From positions 3,968,001 to 4,032,000 of the forward strand of contig OZ243938.1 of the NCBI GenBank assembly GCA_965214095.1: a stretch of DNA of 64,000 bases, read 5' to 3'. Position 1 is the first letter of the stretch. Each line of letters begins with the position of its first letter. Source of the stretch: Candidatus Poribacteria bacterium. Lineage in GTDB: Bacteria > Poribacteria > WGA-4E > WGA-3G. This document shows, one piece after another, positions 48,059-58,183 of this stretch. Under the pieces are notes generated by a model. It had not been told where the DNA came from. It worked only from the letters and a program-made list of their open reading frames with translations, and ran no database searches. The position numbers were made by a program, and so were the translations under genes.

Positions 48059-51031
48059 ATGAAAAACAACGACACACAATTAATCCACCGCGCTCTTGAT
48101 GGCGATGATTTTGCCTATGCGGAACTTGTAGAGAAATATCAAAAACAGGTTCACGCGCTTGTGTGGCGGAAAATCGGAGATTTTCATATTGCCGAAGAGA
48201 TTACACAGGATACATTTCTGAAGGCATATCAGAAACTCGGAACACTCAAGAATCCGCATCGTTTTGCAAGTTGGCTCTATGTGATTGCAGCGAACCGATG
48301 CAGCACGTGGTTGCGTAAAAAGAATTCACGTAAGCAACTGTTGGAAGATAAGGATATCACGCAACCTGAAGAAGCGACTTATTCTGAGTATGTGCTTGAG
48401 GAGAACGAACGGATCACCATAGAGACACAACGCGATGTCGTCCAAAAACTCCTTGCAAAGCTTGGGGAAAGTGAACGAACTGTTATGACATTGCATTACT
48501 TCGGAGAGATGTCGTGTGCGGAGATCGGAGCATTTATGGGTGTATCAGCAAATACGGTTAAGAGCCGTCTCCGTCGCGCACAGCAGCGACTACAAAAGGA
48601 GGAAACAATGATAAGAGAGGCTTTAGACAACTTCCAAATATCACCAAATCTGACAGAAAACATTATACGCGAGATTTCACATACAAAACCCACCACGCCG
48701 ACTGGTGGTAAACCTATTGTTCCGTGGGCAATGGCTGTTTCCACTTTAGCAGTGGTGTTGCTGATGATCGGTTTTGGAAACCATCTATCTTTTGGGATTT
48801 TTCAAAAACCGTATAGTCTCGATTCGCCTGCAGAGATGAAGGTTGAGATCGTTGAAGCGTTGATAGTCGCGGACTTGGAGTCCAAACCTGATGTGCAAAC
48901 ACAGAGCACGGGGGCAAACGTTTTTGGTGCGCGAAATAACCTTGAACAGCAACCTAACGATACCACTGTGCTTACTACAGAGACACAAGCAGAGAAAATA
49001 GTTGAAGATTGGACACCTGTGGAAAATTATACACAATGGGAACTGCCAAAAGCTGCGAAAGCACGTTTAGGAAAGGGTGGAATTAGATCAATGCAATTTT
49101 CACCAGATGGTTCTCTACTTGCTCTAGGCAGTAATATCGGTGTGTGGCTATACGATGTCAAAACTGGTCAGGAATTATCCATGTATCCAGGTAATTGTCA
49201 ATCCATTGCCTTTTCACCTGATGGACTTTCCCTTGCAAGTAGTGGTAGAAGTAGTGAAAATGAACTTGTTATTTGGGATGTTTCTACCAGGCCAAAACAA
49301 ATACTGACAGAACCACAACCTGCTGCAGCAGTGTTGCGGTTTGATGATAATAAAACACTCGTCAGCTTGAATAAATCAAGAGACAATATTAACAGATTGG
49401 ACATAAATACTGGCAGAAGTTCCGTAACCCCTATTGGTATTCCTCCTAGTTCCTTTTTATCTGAACCTTATGCACTTTCACATGACAAATTAGCAGTAGG
49501 TAATCAGGATGGAACGATTGATCTGTGGGAAACAACCAGTGGAGAGAGTTATGCCACCTATGGTGAATCAGGTTATAGTAAACATGTTTTCACACTTGCA
49601 TTTTCTCCCGATGGCACGCGACTTGCTAGTGGTGGAGAAGATACATTGGTTCGATTATGGAATATTTTAGGTGATGATGAACCGATTATCCTTCAAAAAC
49701 ATACAGAATGGGTAAACGTTTTAGCATTCTCTCCAGATGGAAAAAAACTTGCCAGCGGGAGTACTGATAGGACAGTTCAATTGTGGGATACTTCAACTGG
49801 TGAACGACTCATGACTTTCACAGGTCACATTAACGGAATCACAGCACTAACATTTGCTCCAAATGGAACAACACTTGCATCAGCAAGTGCGGATGGGACT
49901 GTCAGGTTTTGGAATACAGATAATGGAACTCTTCTACCAACCACTATCACGGGGCATCTGGAATGGGTGCCAACGGTGTCTTTTCTTGGAGATAGCACAA
50001 CACTTGCAAGTGTTGCTTTCAATGGGGTAATAAATTTATGGGATTTGGATACTTCGCTAACAACTATCCAACACATCTCAGGATATCGAGACGGATTGGC
50101 TGCAGTAGCGTTTTCCTCTGATGGAACAAAACTTGCAAACATTGGCATAGAAGGTAAGGCAATCTATGTAACTGGCAATGGTTTTTCAAATGCCAGTAGT
50201 ATACCTGATGATATTATCCGTTTAAAGGATGTAAGAACAGGAAATGAGTTGCAGAATTTGAAAGGTGCGAGAAATTCTGATGCTGTTGTCTTTTCACCTG
50301 ATGGAAACACGGTAGCTTTTGGTGGACACGGGAACATTCGCTTGTGGAATACTGAGACAGATGAGATCACTGAAATTCCTCTCAATAATTACATTGATAA
50401 CAAGGGTGACTCTCACCATGCGAGAGTAACAACTTTGGTATTCTCACCTGATGGAAATGAAATTGTCTGTGGTACAATGGGAGGAAAAGTACATAAGTGG
50501 AATGTCGATACTGGAGAGAGACATATTCGAGATCCGCTCTTTGACACACAAGTACCACTTGCGAAGGAAACACGACGTTTAGTTCGTGCTAAGATAAATC
50601 GTACATCTGATGATAGCGAGCATGATACGAAAAATGTAGAACTGCTTGAAGATGTTGGCATTTCATATAACGAGGCTATATCGACATTAGCATTTTCACC
50701 AGATGGAGGATTGCTTGCTATCGGTAGTACTAGACGCATCCATTTATTGGGCATTGAGAAACAGATCAGTTTCAGGGAACTACTCCGTTCAGCGGAAGTG
50801 TTACGGTTTACACAGGATAACAACATGCTTTTATGTGGACTCATAGATGGTAGAATTGAAGTATGGGAATTGTCTACTGTGGGTATACTGGCAACGCTTG
50901 AGGGACATACTGGGTCTGTGCAGTCTCTGGTATTCTCATCTGATGGAAAAACCCTTGTCAGTACAGGGAAAGATGGTACAATCCTTGTGTGGGATTGGGA
51001 TGAAATGCTTAAAGTATCGGCAGAAGAATAA
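48059..51031 (+). CDS. ECF sigma factor-TM-WD40 fusion
   Basis: Sigma2/sigma4 motifs in the first ~185 aa; TM AVSTLAVVLLMIGFG; WD40 repeats. Confidence 0.9.
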   Translation: MKNNDTQLIHRALDGDDFAYAELVEKYQKQVHALVWRKIGDFHIAEEITQDTFLKAYQKLGTLKNPHRFASWLYVIAANRCSTWLRKKNSRKQLLEDKDITQPEEATYSEYVLEENERITIETQRDVVQKLLAKLGESERTVMTLHYFGEMSCAEIGAFMGVSANTVKSRLRRAQQRLQKEETMIREALDNFQISPNLTENIIREISHTKPTTPTGGKPIVPWAMAVSTLAVVLLMIGFGNHLSFGIFQKPYSLDSPAEMKVEIVEALIVADLESKPDVQTQSTGANVFGARNNLEQQPNDTTVLTTETQAEKIVEDWTPVENYTQWELPKAAKARLGKGGIRSMQFSPDGSLLALGSNIGVWLYDVKTGQELSMYPGNCQSIAFSPDGLSLASSGRSSENELVIWDVSTRPKQILTEPQPAAAVLRFDDNKTLVSLNKSRDNINRLDINTGRSSVTPIGIPPSSFLSEPYALSHDKLAVGNQDGTIDLWETTSGESYATYGESGYSKHVFTLAFSPDGTRLASGGEDTLVRLWNILGDDEPIILQKHTEWVNVLAFSPDGKKLASGSTDRTVQLWDTSTGERLMTFTGHINGITALTFAPNGTTLASASADGTVRFWNTDNGTLLPTTITGHLEWVPTVSFLGDSTTLASVAFNGVINLWDLDTSLTTIQHISGYRDGLAAVAFSSDGTKLANIGIEGKAIYVTGNGFSNASSIPDDIIRLKDVRTGNELQNLKGARNSDAVVFSPDGNTVAFGGHGNIRLWNTETDEITEIPLNNYIDNKGDSHHARVTTLVFSPDGNEIVCGTMGGKVHKWNVDTGERHIRDPLFDTQVPLAKETRRLVRAKINRTSDDSEHDTKNVELLEDVGISYNEAISTLAFSPDGGLLAIGSTRRIHLLGIEKQISFRELLRSAEVLRFTQDNNMLLCGLIDGRIEVWELSTVGILATLEGHTGSVQSLVFSSDGKTLVSTGKDGTILVWDWDEMLKVSAEE

Positions 51032-51433
51032 GTGGCAGTTTAGTCTGTTAGAATCCTATCATTAATTCAGTTGAATATTGTTGTCTCACACATCTACATG
51101 GATGTGTAAGGAAGTAGGCTGGCATACCTCACACTAATTGGAGTTTCAAACCTATTCCACAAGAGAGAATAATTTAACGCGCAGCTTCAAACATGTCTTT
51201 GTCTATCAAAAGTCAGCATTCAGATAATGGATATGTAGTGATGAAGTCGTTTGACATTACAACCAACTTCTCTAATGTCTCCGTGTTGCTTGGGTCGGTT
51301 CTGATTACATGAAAAATTCATAAAAAGTTCCTTCCTTCAGACAAATTGCCAATAGTCTATATTCTTACCGCATTTTGTTGAGGACTCATGGTATAATATA
51401 GGTGAAAAATGCTTTGAAAAGGATAAAGATCTC

Positions 51434-53278
51434 ATGCCAAGAATTGCGGTTCTGATTTTAGTGATATATGTTTTTGTCCAAAACGCTTTTGCCCAAAATT
51501 ATACCCGATGGGGTTTACCCGAAGATGCAAAAATGCGGCTGGGTAAAGGCGGAATAAGAGGAAATATATCCTATTCACCTGATGGAAAGTATTTAGCAGT
51601 CTCGTGTAGCAACGGCATTTGGATTTATGATGCACACACAGACAAACCACTCCAATTCCTCACAGGACATACGGATTTTGTTTTGATGTCAGTGTTCAGT
51701 CCTGATGGGTCATTGTTGGTCAGCGGAAGTGGTGACAAGACTATCCGTCTGTGGGATGCACGCACAGGCACAGAACTACGGACAATGACGAGACATAAGG
51801 AAGGTGTTGAAGGCATAGCGTTCAGTCCAGACGGATCAATTTTAGCAAGCGGAAGTTATGATAATACTATCCGTCTGTGGAATATAAAGACAGGCGCAGA
51901 ACTACGGACAATGGATGGACATGAATCTGGTGTCATAAGCGTTGCCTTTAGTCCGGATGGTGTATTACTGGCAAGTTGCAGTAAAGACATGACTGCGCGG
52001 TTATGGAGTGTACAAACGGGTGAATTGCTGCGGACATTCATTGGACATACAAAAAAAATAAAATACGTATCGTTCAGTCCTGATGGCAAATCAATAGCCA
52101 CCGCCGGTGATGACACTACCATGCGGGTGTGGGATGTGCAGACAGGCGAAGAACGCTACACGATAGAGGAGCACACGGACTTCGTTGATATCGTTGTCTA
52201 TAGTCCGGATGGAAAAATGTTGGCAACCGCAAGCTGGGACGACACCGCACGACTGTGGGATGCGGCAACGGGAGCATACATCCGCACGTTGAAAGGACAC
52301 GAGTCTTATGTGTTGAGCATTGCTTTCAGTCCGGATGGAAAGACACTGCGGACCGGTAGCCGAGACGGTACCCTACGTTTATGGGACACAAACACCGGCA
52401 TGCAGATGCGAACGATAACTGGTCATACAAATGGTGTCAATAGCGTATCGTTCAGTCCGGATGGCAAGTTTTTGGTGAGCGGTAGCAGGGATAACACCGT
52501 TCATTTATGGGACACACAGACAGGTGAATCTGTGCGTGTGCTGAAAGGACATACAAGGCATGTCGCTAAGGTTGTCTATAGTCCCGATGGGAATACCGTT
52601 GTGAGTGCCGATGATGGCGATGTTATTCGCTTATGGGATACACAAACAGGCAAATCTCTGAGGATACTGGATGAAGGTCAATTTTGGATCAATGATCTTG
52701 CTTTCAGTCCAGATGGAAAGAAACTTCTGAGCACAAATGATGACGTTACCATACCTCTATGGGACGTGCAGACAGGTAAACATCAAATCCTTACTGTGGA
52801 CACGAAGGGTATTGTATCTTGCATTGCGTATAGTCCGGAGGGTTCTCAATTAGCATGTGGAAATGATAACACTGTGCTGCTTTTGGATACGACTACGAAT
52901 AAAGTTGTCACCCGTTTTGAAGGTCATACGGATTATGTGCATACGGTTGCATATAGTGCGGATGGCTCGTTATTAACGAGTGCGGCGGGGGATAGAACTA
53001 TACGTCTTTGGGATCCGCAGACGGGCGAATCTGTTCGGACAGTTAGAATGCAAGGTAGAGATAACTCTTGTGTTGCGTTCAGTCCAAATGGAAAGATGCT
53101 CGCGAGTGGTGGTTGGGACAATACCGTTAGTCTGTGGGATGCCCGTACCGGTAATTTCATTATCGAGTTTAAAGCGCATACGTATCCAGTGAAAAGCCTC
53201 GCATTCAGTCCTGATAGTAAGATCCTGGCAAGTAGCAGTAGTGATGGTACCGTGTTGTTGTGGGATGTCGGAAACTGA
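51434..53278 (+). CDS. Secreted WD40-repeat protein
   Basis: Signal peptide ending AFA-Q; YTRWGLPEDAKMRLGKG cap; about 14 WD40 repeats. Confidence 0.92.
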   Translation: MPRIAVLILVIYVFVQNAFAQNYTRWGLPEDAKMRLGKGGIRGNISYSPDGKYLAVSCSNGIWIYDAHTDKPLQFLTGHTDFVLMSVFSPDGSLLVSGSGDKTIRLWDARTGTELRTMTRHKEGVEGIAFSPDGSILASGSYDNTIRLWNIKTGAELRTMDGHESGVISVAFSPDGVLLASCSKDMTARLWSVQTGELLRTFIGHTKKIKYVSFSPDGKSIATAGDDTTMRVWDVQTGEERYTIEEHTDFVDIVVYSPDGKMLATASWDDTARLWDAATGAYIRTLKGHESYVLSIAFSPDGKTLRTGSRDGTLRLWDTNTGMQMRTITGHTNGVNSVSFSPDGKFLVSGSRDNTVHLWDTQTGESVRVLKGHTRHVAKVVYSPDGNTVVSADDGDVIRLWDTQTGKSLRILDEGQFWINDLAFSPDGKKLLSTNDDVTIPLWDVQTGKHQILTVDTKGIVSCIAYSPEGSQLACGNDNTVLLLDTTTNKVVTRFEGHTDYVHTVAYSADGSLLTSAAGDRTIRLWDPQTGESVRTVRMQGRDNSCVAFSPNGKMLASGGWDNTVSLWDARTGNFIIEFKAHTYPVKSLAFSPDSKILASSSSDGTVLLWDVGN

Positions 53279-53420
53279 TAATGGCAGCATATACAGGATC
53301 AGTCATCTTGTAGGAATGCATCTCTAATCTTCTTATCTAAACACACCCCTATTAATGCAGAATTATGCACCCGATTCACCGTTTCGTGGCATCATTATAG
53401 GGTGAAATCGGAGGTGTACC

Positions 53421-56351
53421 ATGAAAAACAACGATATACAATTAATTCACCTTATTCTTGATGGTGATGATAATGCCTTCACGGAACTTGTAGATAAATA
53501 TCAAAAGCAGGTTCATGCGCTTGTGTGGCGGAAAATCGGAGATTTCCATATCGCTGAAGAAATTACACAGGACACGTTCCTGATAGCATATCAGAAACTT
53601 GCAACGTTGAAAAAATCTCAAAGTTTCTCAAGTTGGCTATATGTTATTGCCACAAGTCTCTGTAGAATGTGGTTTCGTAAAAAGTATCGACGGTCGCAGC
53701 TAATGCAAGACATGGATACTACTTATCCTGAGAATGCAACCTATTCTGAGTATGTACTTGAGGAAAACGAACGGATTGCTGTAGAGACACAACGCGATGT
53801 CGTCCAAAAGCTGCTTGCAAAACTTGGGGAAAGTGAACGTACTGTTGTGACGCTACATTACTTCGGCGAGATGTCGTGCACAGAGATTGGTGAGTTTTTG
53901 GGTGTATCGGCAAATACGGTGAAGAGTCGTCTTCGTCGCGCACAGCAGCGTTTAAGGAAAGAGGAACCGATTATAAGGGAGGCGTTAGACAACTTCCAAA
54001 TATCACCAAATTTGACAGAAAACATCATGCGCGAGATTTCGGTTGAGAAACCTATATCACCGTCTAGTAGTAAACCTTTAGCACCTTGGGCAGTAGCTGC
54101 TTCCACATTAGTAGTGGTGTTGCTTATGATCGGTTTTGGAAATAGCAAATATCTAACGCGTTTTCAGAAACCTTATAGTTTAGATGCTACTGCAGAGATG
54201 ACGGTTGAGATTGTTGATGCACCAATAGTCGCGGACTTAGAATCTAAGCCAGATGTGCGGACACAAATAAGAAATACGAACGTATTAGCACAGCTAATTG
54301 ATCCTGAAGAGAAGCAAAATGATAATAGTACCACTGTATCTGAAGATATACAAACGGAGGAAACCGTGAAAGATTATACACAATGGGAATTGCCGAAAAA
54401 AGCGAAAGTGCGTTTAGGTAAAGGTAAAGTTAATGGAATAAAATTCACTCCAAACGGCACACATTTAGCCGTTGAAACAGCCATCGGTGTTTGGCTTTAC
54501 GATGCAAATACTGGTGAAGAAACTGCTCTATTTACAGAAATTGAAGGTGATAACCTAAGTTTTGACAGATCATACATCAATATGCTGGTTTCTCCTATAG
54601 ATGGCAACACCATTGAATGTCCAGGTGTAACTGGGAACAAGGACTTATGGAGTTTAGAAGAAGACAGTTTGAAATCTATTCTACCGGATCTGTGTCGGAG
54701 TAATAATGTCCTTCAAATTAAAGCACAAAACATAATACTTGTTCATACTGGGTGGAGGATGAATCTTTCGTGGCATGCGACAGCTGGTCTGTGGAATCTT
54801 GTTGATGAAGAAAACAAGTCAAATAATGTAAGACTGACTAAGAGGGAAATGGATATGCAGGTAGCAGTTTCACCAGATGAAAGATTCCTTGCGGCAGCAC
54901 TTAGTAGTAAACTTTTTGGTATAGAATATAAGATGCCTGCTATCCAGGTATGGGACAGAACCACTGGAAAGTGTGTATTCACAGTAGAAGAAACGAAGCA
55001 TGATATTGAAACATTAGTCTTTTCTCCCGATAGTCAAACACTTGCCTTTGCTGACAGTTCCAATATAGTTAAAATATGTGATGTTGAAAGTGGTTCGCTT
55101 CAGTATACATTTAAAGCTGCGGTTCCTTTCCAAACATTAGCATTTTCACCAGATTGTAGTCATCTTGTCAGTGGGAGTACTGATGGAATAGTGCGATTCT
55201 GGACAGTTAAGAAACGCGGAAAACACTCCATTTCTGACCGAATCTTCAAAATCGCAGGCAAGCCTCAACCTTACAAAATGTTAAAAGGACATGCAGAAAA
55301 CTCAAAATTCGCTACAATAAACTTCTCCACAGATGGGAAAAAGGTTGCAAGTGCAAATTCTGATGGGACTATCCGATTGTGGGATACCGATTCAGGCAAT
55401 CAACAAATTACACTGACACAACACTCAGGATCGCAAACTGCATTGGCATTCAACACTAACAACATATCTGAACTGAAAGATGTTACTAAGAACACACTAA
55501 CCAGTATTGGTTTGAGTAATTCTCATTTTTTCGTTTCTGTATGGGACGCTGACAATGGCAATAGGCTTTCTTTTGATATGGTTGATAAAGCTAATCATAT
55601 AGTTTTTGAAGTTGCCATATCACCAGATGGGAGTCTCTTTGTAACCCGTGACAATGTTGTCCGCTTATGGGATACCCAGTCAAAGAGTGTTTTGTCTACA
55701 ATAGGTGATGAAGAATATTTTAGTTTTGGATCTAAAGTAATTTTTTCTCCTGATGGTAAACTCCTTGCAGTAAGTGCTCGTAAAGACAATACTATACAAA
55801 TATGGGATGTGCCTAACCGTAAAACTCGTTGTAGACTTGAGGGACATACGACCTATGTTTACAGCTTAGCATTTTCTCCTGATAACAAAACTGTTATCAC
55901 TTCAGGCTGGACAAATAAGGACGTAACAATTAGATTGTGGGATACCATGACCGGTGCAGTATTAGCATCTATTCCAGACCAAGGTGCAGTCGCATTTGCA
56001 CCAGATGGAAACACCTTTGTTGGAGGCACTCACCTTTATAGGTGGAATCCCACCACACTCGCCTATGACTGTATAGTGCGACTGGAGGATGTAGCCAAAT
56101 CTAATCCGCCAACGTCATTAACATATTCTCCAGATGGCTCAATCATTGTCAGTGGGAATAGAGATGGAATAATTCAATTGCGAAATTCAACTACTGGTAA
56201 AATTATTTCTAATCTGACAGGACATTCAAGTTGGATATCACAGTTTGTATTTTCTGAAGATGAAACAACTCTTGCTACAAGCGGCGGAGATGGCACGATT
56301 CTTATGTGGGATTGGGATGAAGTCCTTGCAGATTTAAAGGTAGGTGAATAA
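53421..56351 (+). CDS. ECF sigma factor-TM-WD40 fusion (paralogue of 48059)
   Basis: Sigma/TM module closely similar to 48059; divergent WD40 region. Confidence 0.9.
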   Translation: MKNNDIQLIHLILDGDDNAFTELVDKYQKQVHALVWRKIGDFHIAEEITQDTFLIAYQKLATLKKSQSFSSWLYVIATSLCRMWFRKKYRRSQLMQDMDTTYPENATYSEYVLEENERIAVETQRDVVQKLLAKLGESERTVVTLHYFGEMSCTEIGEFLGVSANTVKSRLRRAQQRLRKEEPIIREALDNFQISPNLTENIMREISVEKPISPSSSKPLAPWAVAASTLVVVLLMIGFGNSKYLTRFQKPYSLDATAEMTVEIVDAPIVADLESKPDVRTQIRNTNVLAQLIDPEEKQNDNSTTVSEDIQTEETVKDYTQWELPKKAKVRLGKGKVNGIKFTPNGTHLAVETAIGVWLYDANTGEETALFTEIEGDNLSFDRSYINMLVSPIDGNTIECPGVTGNKDLWSLEEDSLKSILPDLCRSNNVLQIKAQNIILVHTGWRMNLSWHATAGLWNLVDEENKSNNVRLTKREMDMQVAVSPDERFLAAALSSKLFGIEYKMPAIQVWDRTTGKCVFTVEETKHDIETLVFSPDSQTLAFADSSNIVKICDVESGSLQYTFKAAVPFQTLAFSPDCSHLVSGSTDGIVRFWTVKKRGKHSISDRIFKIAGKPQPYKMLKGHAENSKFATINFSTDGKKVASANSDGTIRLWDTDSGNQQITLTQHSGSQTALAFNTNNISELKDVTKNTLTSIGLSNSHFFVSVWDADNGNRLSFDMVDKANHIVFEVAISPDGSLFVTRDNVVRLWDTQSKSVLSTIGDEEYFSFGSKVIFSPDGKLLAVSARKDNTIQIWDVPNRKTRCRLEGHTTYVYSLAFSPDNKTVITSGWTNKDVTIRLWDTMTGAVLASIPDQGAVAFAPDGNTFVGGTHLYRWNPTTLAYDCIVRLEDVAKSNPPTSLTYSPDGSIIVSGNRDGIIQLRNSTTGKIISNLTGHSSWISQFVFSEDETTLATSGGDGTILMWDWDEVLADLKVGE

Positions 56352-56362
56352 GTTTAGGTGTA

Positions 56363-57193
56363 TCAACGTTCTGATTCCAACCACTTTTGAACCCGCGCTA
56401 ACTTGTCAGCGGCAATATGTGCAGCGTTAGCATCTGTTGGGAAATCACCTTTTTCTACTTCCTGCTTATATTGACATATCGCCTCAAAGGTGAGTTGGTT
56501 GTAATCTTGATAACGTTTGGCGTGTTTGAATGGGGTGCCTAACCCCAAAATATCGTTGATAACGAGCACCTGTCCATCACAGAATCTACCCGCTCCTATG
56601 CCAATGGTGGGGATGTCAATCGTCTCTGTGATTATCTGGCTAATCTCTTCAGTGATTTTTTCGAGAACTATAAGTTTTGCACCTGCATCTGCAAGTGCGG
56701 ATGCAGTTTGAATGAGTTCCTTCGCTTTGCTCACCGTTTTACCATGTGTTGACGCTTTAGTGCCGTGAATTTGTGGGTTGTGTCCAATATGTGCACACAC
56801 ATCTATTTCGTGTTCTGTGAGTGCGGTAACAATGGGGATCTTCTCCGTTCCACCTTCCAACTTAACACCATCAGCACCGTTATCCAAGAAAAGGTTCGCA
56901 TTGGCAATAGCTTGCTTGGAATTTCGGTCAGACCCATAAGGCATATCAATGAGTAAATAAGCATCTTTTACACCACGGCGCACAGCCTTGAGATGATGCA
57001 GCATATCCGACATCGTCACTTCCATCTCACTCTTGTAGCCGAGGATATTTGTGCCGACGCTATCCCCAACAAACACGATGTCTATACTTGCTTCATCCTG
57101 CATGCATGCAGTGGGGTAATCGTAGCAGGTTAACACGGTGATGGGTTGCTGCTGTTGTTTCTTGTTCTGGAGATAAATGATGTCTCTTTTCAT
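56363..57193 (-). CDS. panB: 3-methyl-2-oxobutanoate hydroxymethyltransferase
   Basis: LTCYDY, VGDS.G, DMPYGS, VKLEGG, IGIGAG..CDGQVLV..D.LG. Confidence 0.95.
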   Translation of the reverse strand: MKRDIIYLQNKKQQQQPITVLTCYDYPTACMQDEASIDIVFVGDSVGTNILGYKSEMEVTMSDMLHHLKAVRRGVKDAYLLIDMPYGSDRNSKQAIANANLFLDNGADGVKLEGGTEKIPIVTALTEHEIDVCAHIGHNPQIHGTKASTHGKTVSKAKELIQTASALADAGAKLIVLEKITEEISQIITETIDIPTIGIGAGRFCDGQVLVINDILGLGTPFKHAKRYQDYNQLTFEAICQYKQEVEKGDFPTDANAAHIAADKLARVQKWLESER

Positions 57194-57214
57194 AGTTGAT
57201 TGGTGGAAATATCT

Positions 57215-58177
57215 TTAAGCTAATACTTCTGCAACGGTTTCTCCTATTGTGGTGAGATCGTCTGCCACAGCAATTCCTGCGTTTTTGAGTGACTTGATTT
57301 TATCCGCTGCAGTCCCTTGTCCACCTGAGATGATTGCACCTGCATGTCCCATACGTTTTCCGGGAGGTGCAGTTTGTCCTGCGATAAAACCGATCACCGG
57401 CTTTGTCATTTCATTCTTGACAAACTGGGCAGCCTTTTCCTCTGCTGTTCCACCAATTTCACCGATTAAGACAACTGCATGTGTTTCATCATCTTCTTCA
57501 AATAGTCTGAGGACATCCACGAAGTTAGTTCCTATCACAGGGTCACCACCGATACCGACACAAGTAGACTGACCGATACCGAGTTGCTTGAGTTGATAAG
57601 CTGCTTCATAGGTTAGTGTTCCGCTTCGGGAGACAATGCCGACATGACCGGGAGAATAGGCAAACGCTGGCATCACACCGATTTTGCATTCCCCTGGCGT
57701 GATGATTCCCGGACAGTTCGGTCCGATTAGCCGAGTTGTATCACGTCCGATTAACTGAGTCTGTTGACTATCATAGGACGGATCGTCCTCTCTCCGCATC
57801 CTTGCCAGTACTCTATTCACGATGATCTTATTGCTACGAGTAAATGCTTTTGCCTTTACCATATCAAGAACAGGAATATGTTCAGAGATACAGATAATTA
57901 ATTCAATACCAGCATCTGCAGCTTCCATGATAGAATCCGCTGCATTGAATTGAGCAGGAACGAAGATTAGAGAAGTATCCGCACCTGTTTCTGCCACACC
58001 TTCAACTACAGTGTCAAATACAGGGATACCGTTGACATCTGTTCCACCTCTGCCGGGGACAGCACCAGCGACAATTTGCGTTCCGTAATCCACACACTGT
58101 TCCGTGTGAAAACGTCCAGAACGTCCTGTTATACCTTGCACTATGACTTTTGTGTTTTTGTTTACGAGTATGCTCAT
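57215..58177 (-). CDS. sucD: Succinate--CoA ligase alpha subunit
   Basis: [41 protein letters not shown]; contains an insertion. Confidence 0.95.
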   Translation of the reverse strand: MSILVNKNTKVIVQGITGRSGRFHTEQCVDYGTQIVAGAVPGRGGTDVNGIPVFDTVVEGVAETGADTSLIFVPAQFNAADSIMEAADAGIELIICISEHIPVLDMVKAKAFTRSNKIIVNRVLARMRREDDPSYDSQQTQLIGRDTTRLIGPNCPGIITPGECKIGVMPAFAYSPGHVGIVSRSGTLTYEAAYQLKQLGIGQSTCVGIGGDPVIGTNFVDVLRLFEEDDETHAVVLIGEIGGTAEEKAAQFVKNEMTKPVIGFIAGQTAPPGKRMGHAGAIISGGQGTAADKIKSLKNAGIAVADDLTTIGETVAEVLA

Positions 58178-58183
58178 ATTCTT

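Noticed and set aside
51060-51335. Possible minus-strand gene remnant (RBS-ATG near 51321; IRTDPSNTETLEKL..FITTYPLSE in another frame)
   Set aside because: Too short and interrupted to assign without a homology search.
42250-56351. Diversity-generating retroelement or CRISPR explanation for the repeated WD40 DNA
   Set aside because: The repeats are in-frame 126-bp coding units; I saw no reverse transcriptase, adenine-specific TR/VR pair, cas genes or repeat-spacer structure.
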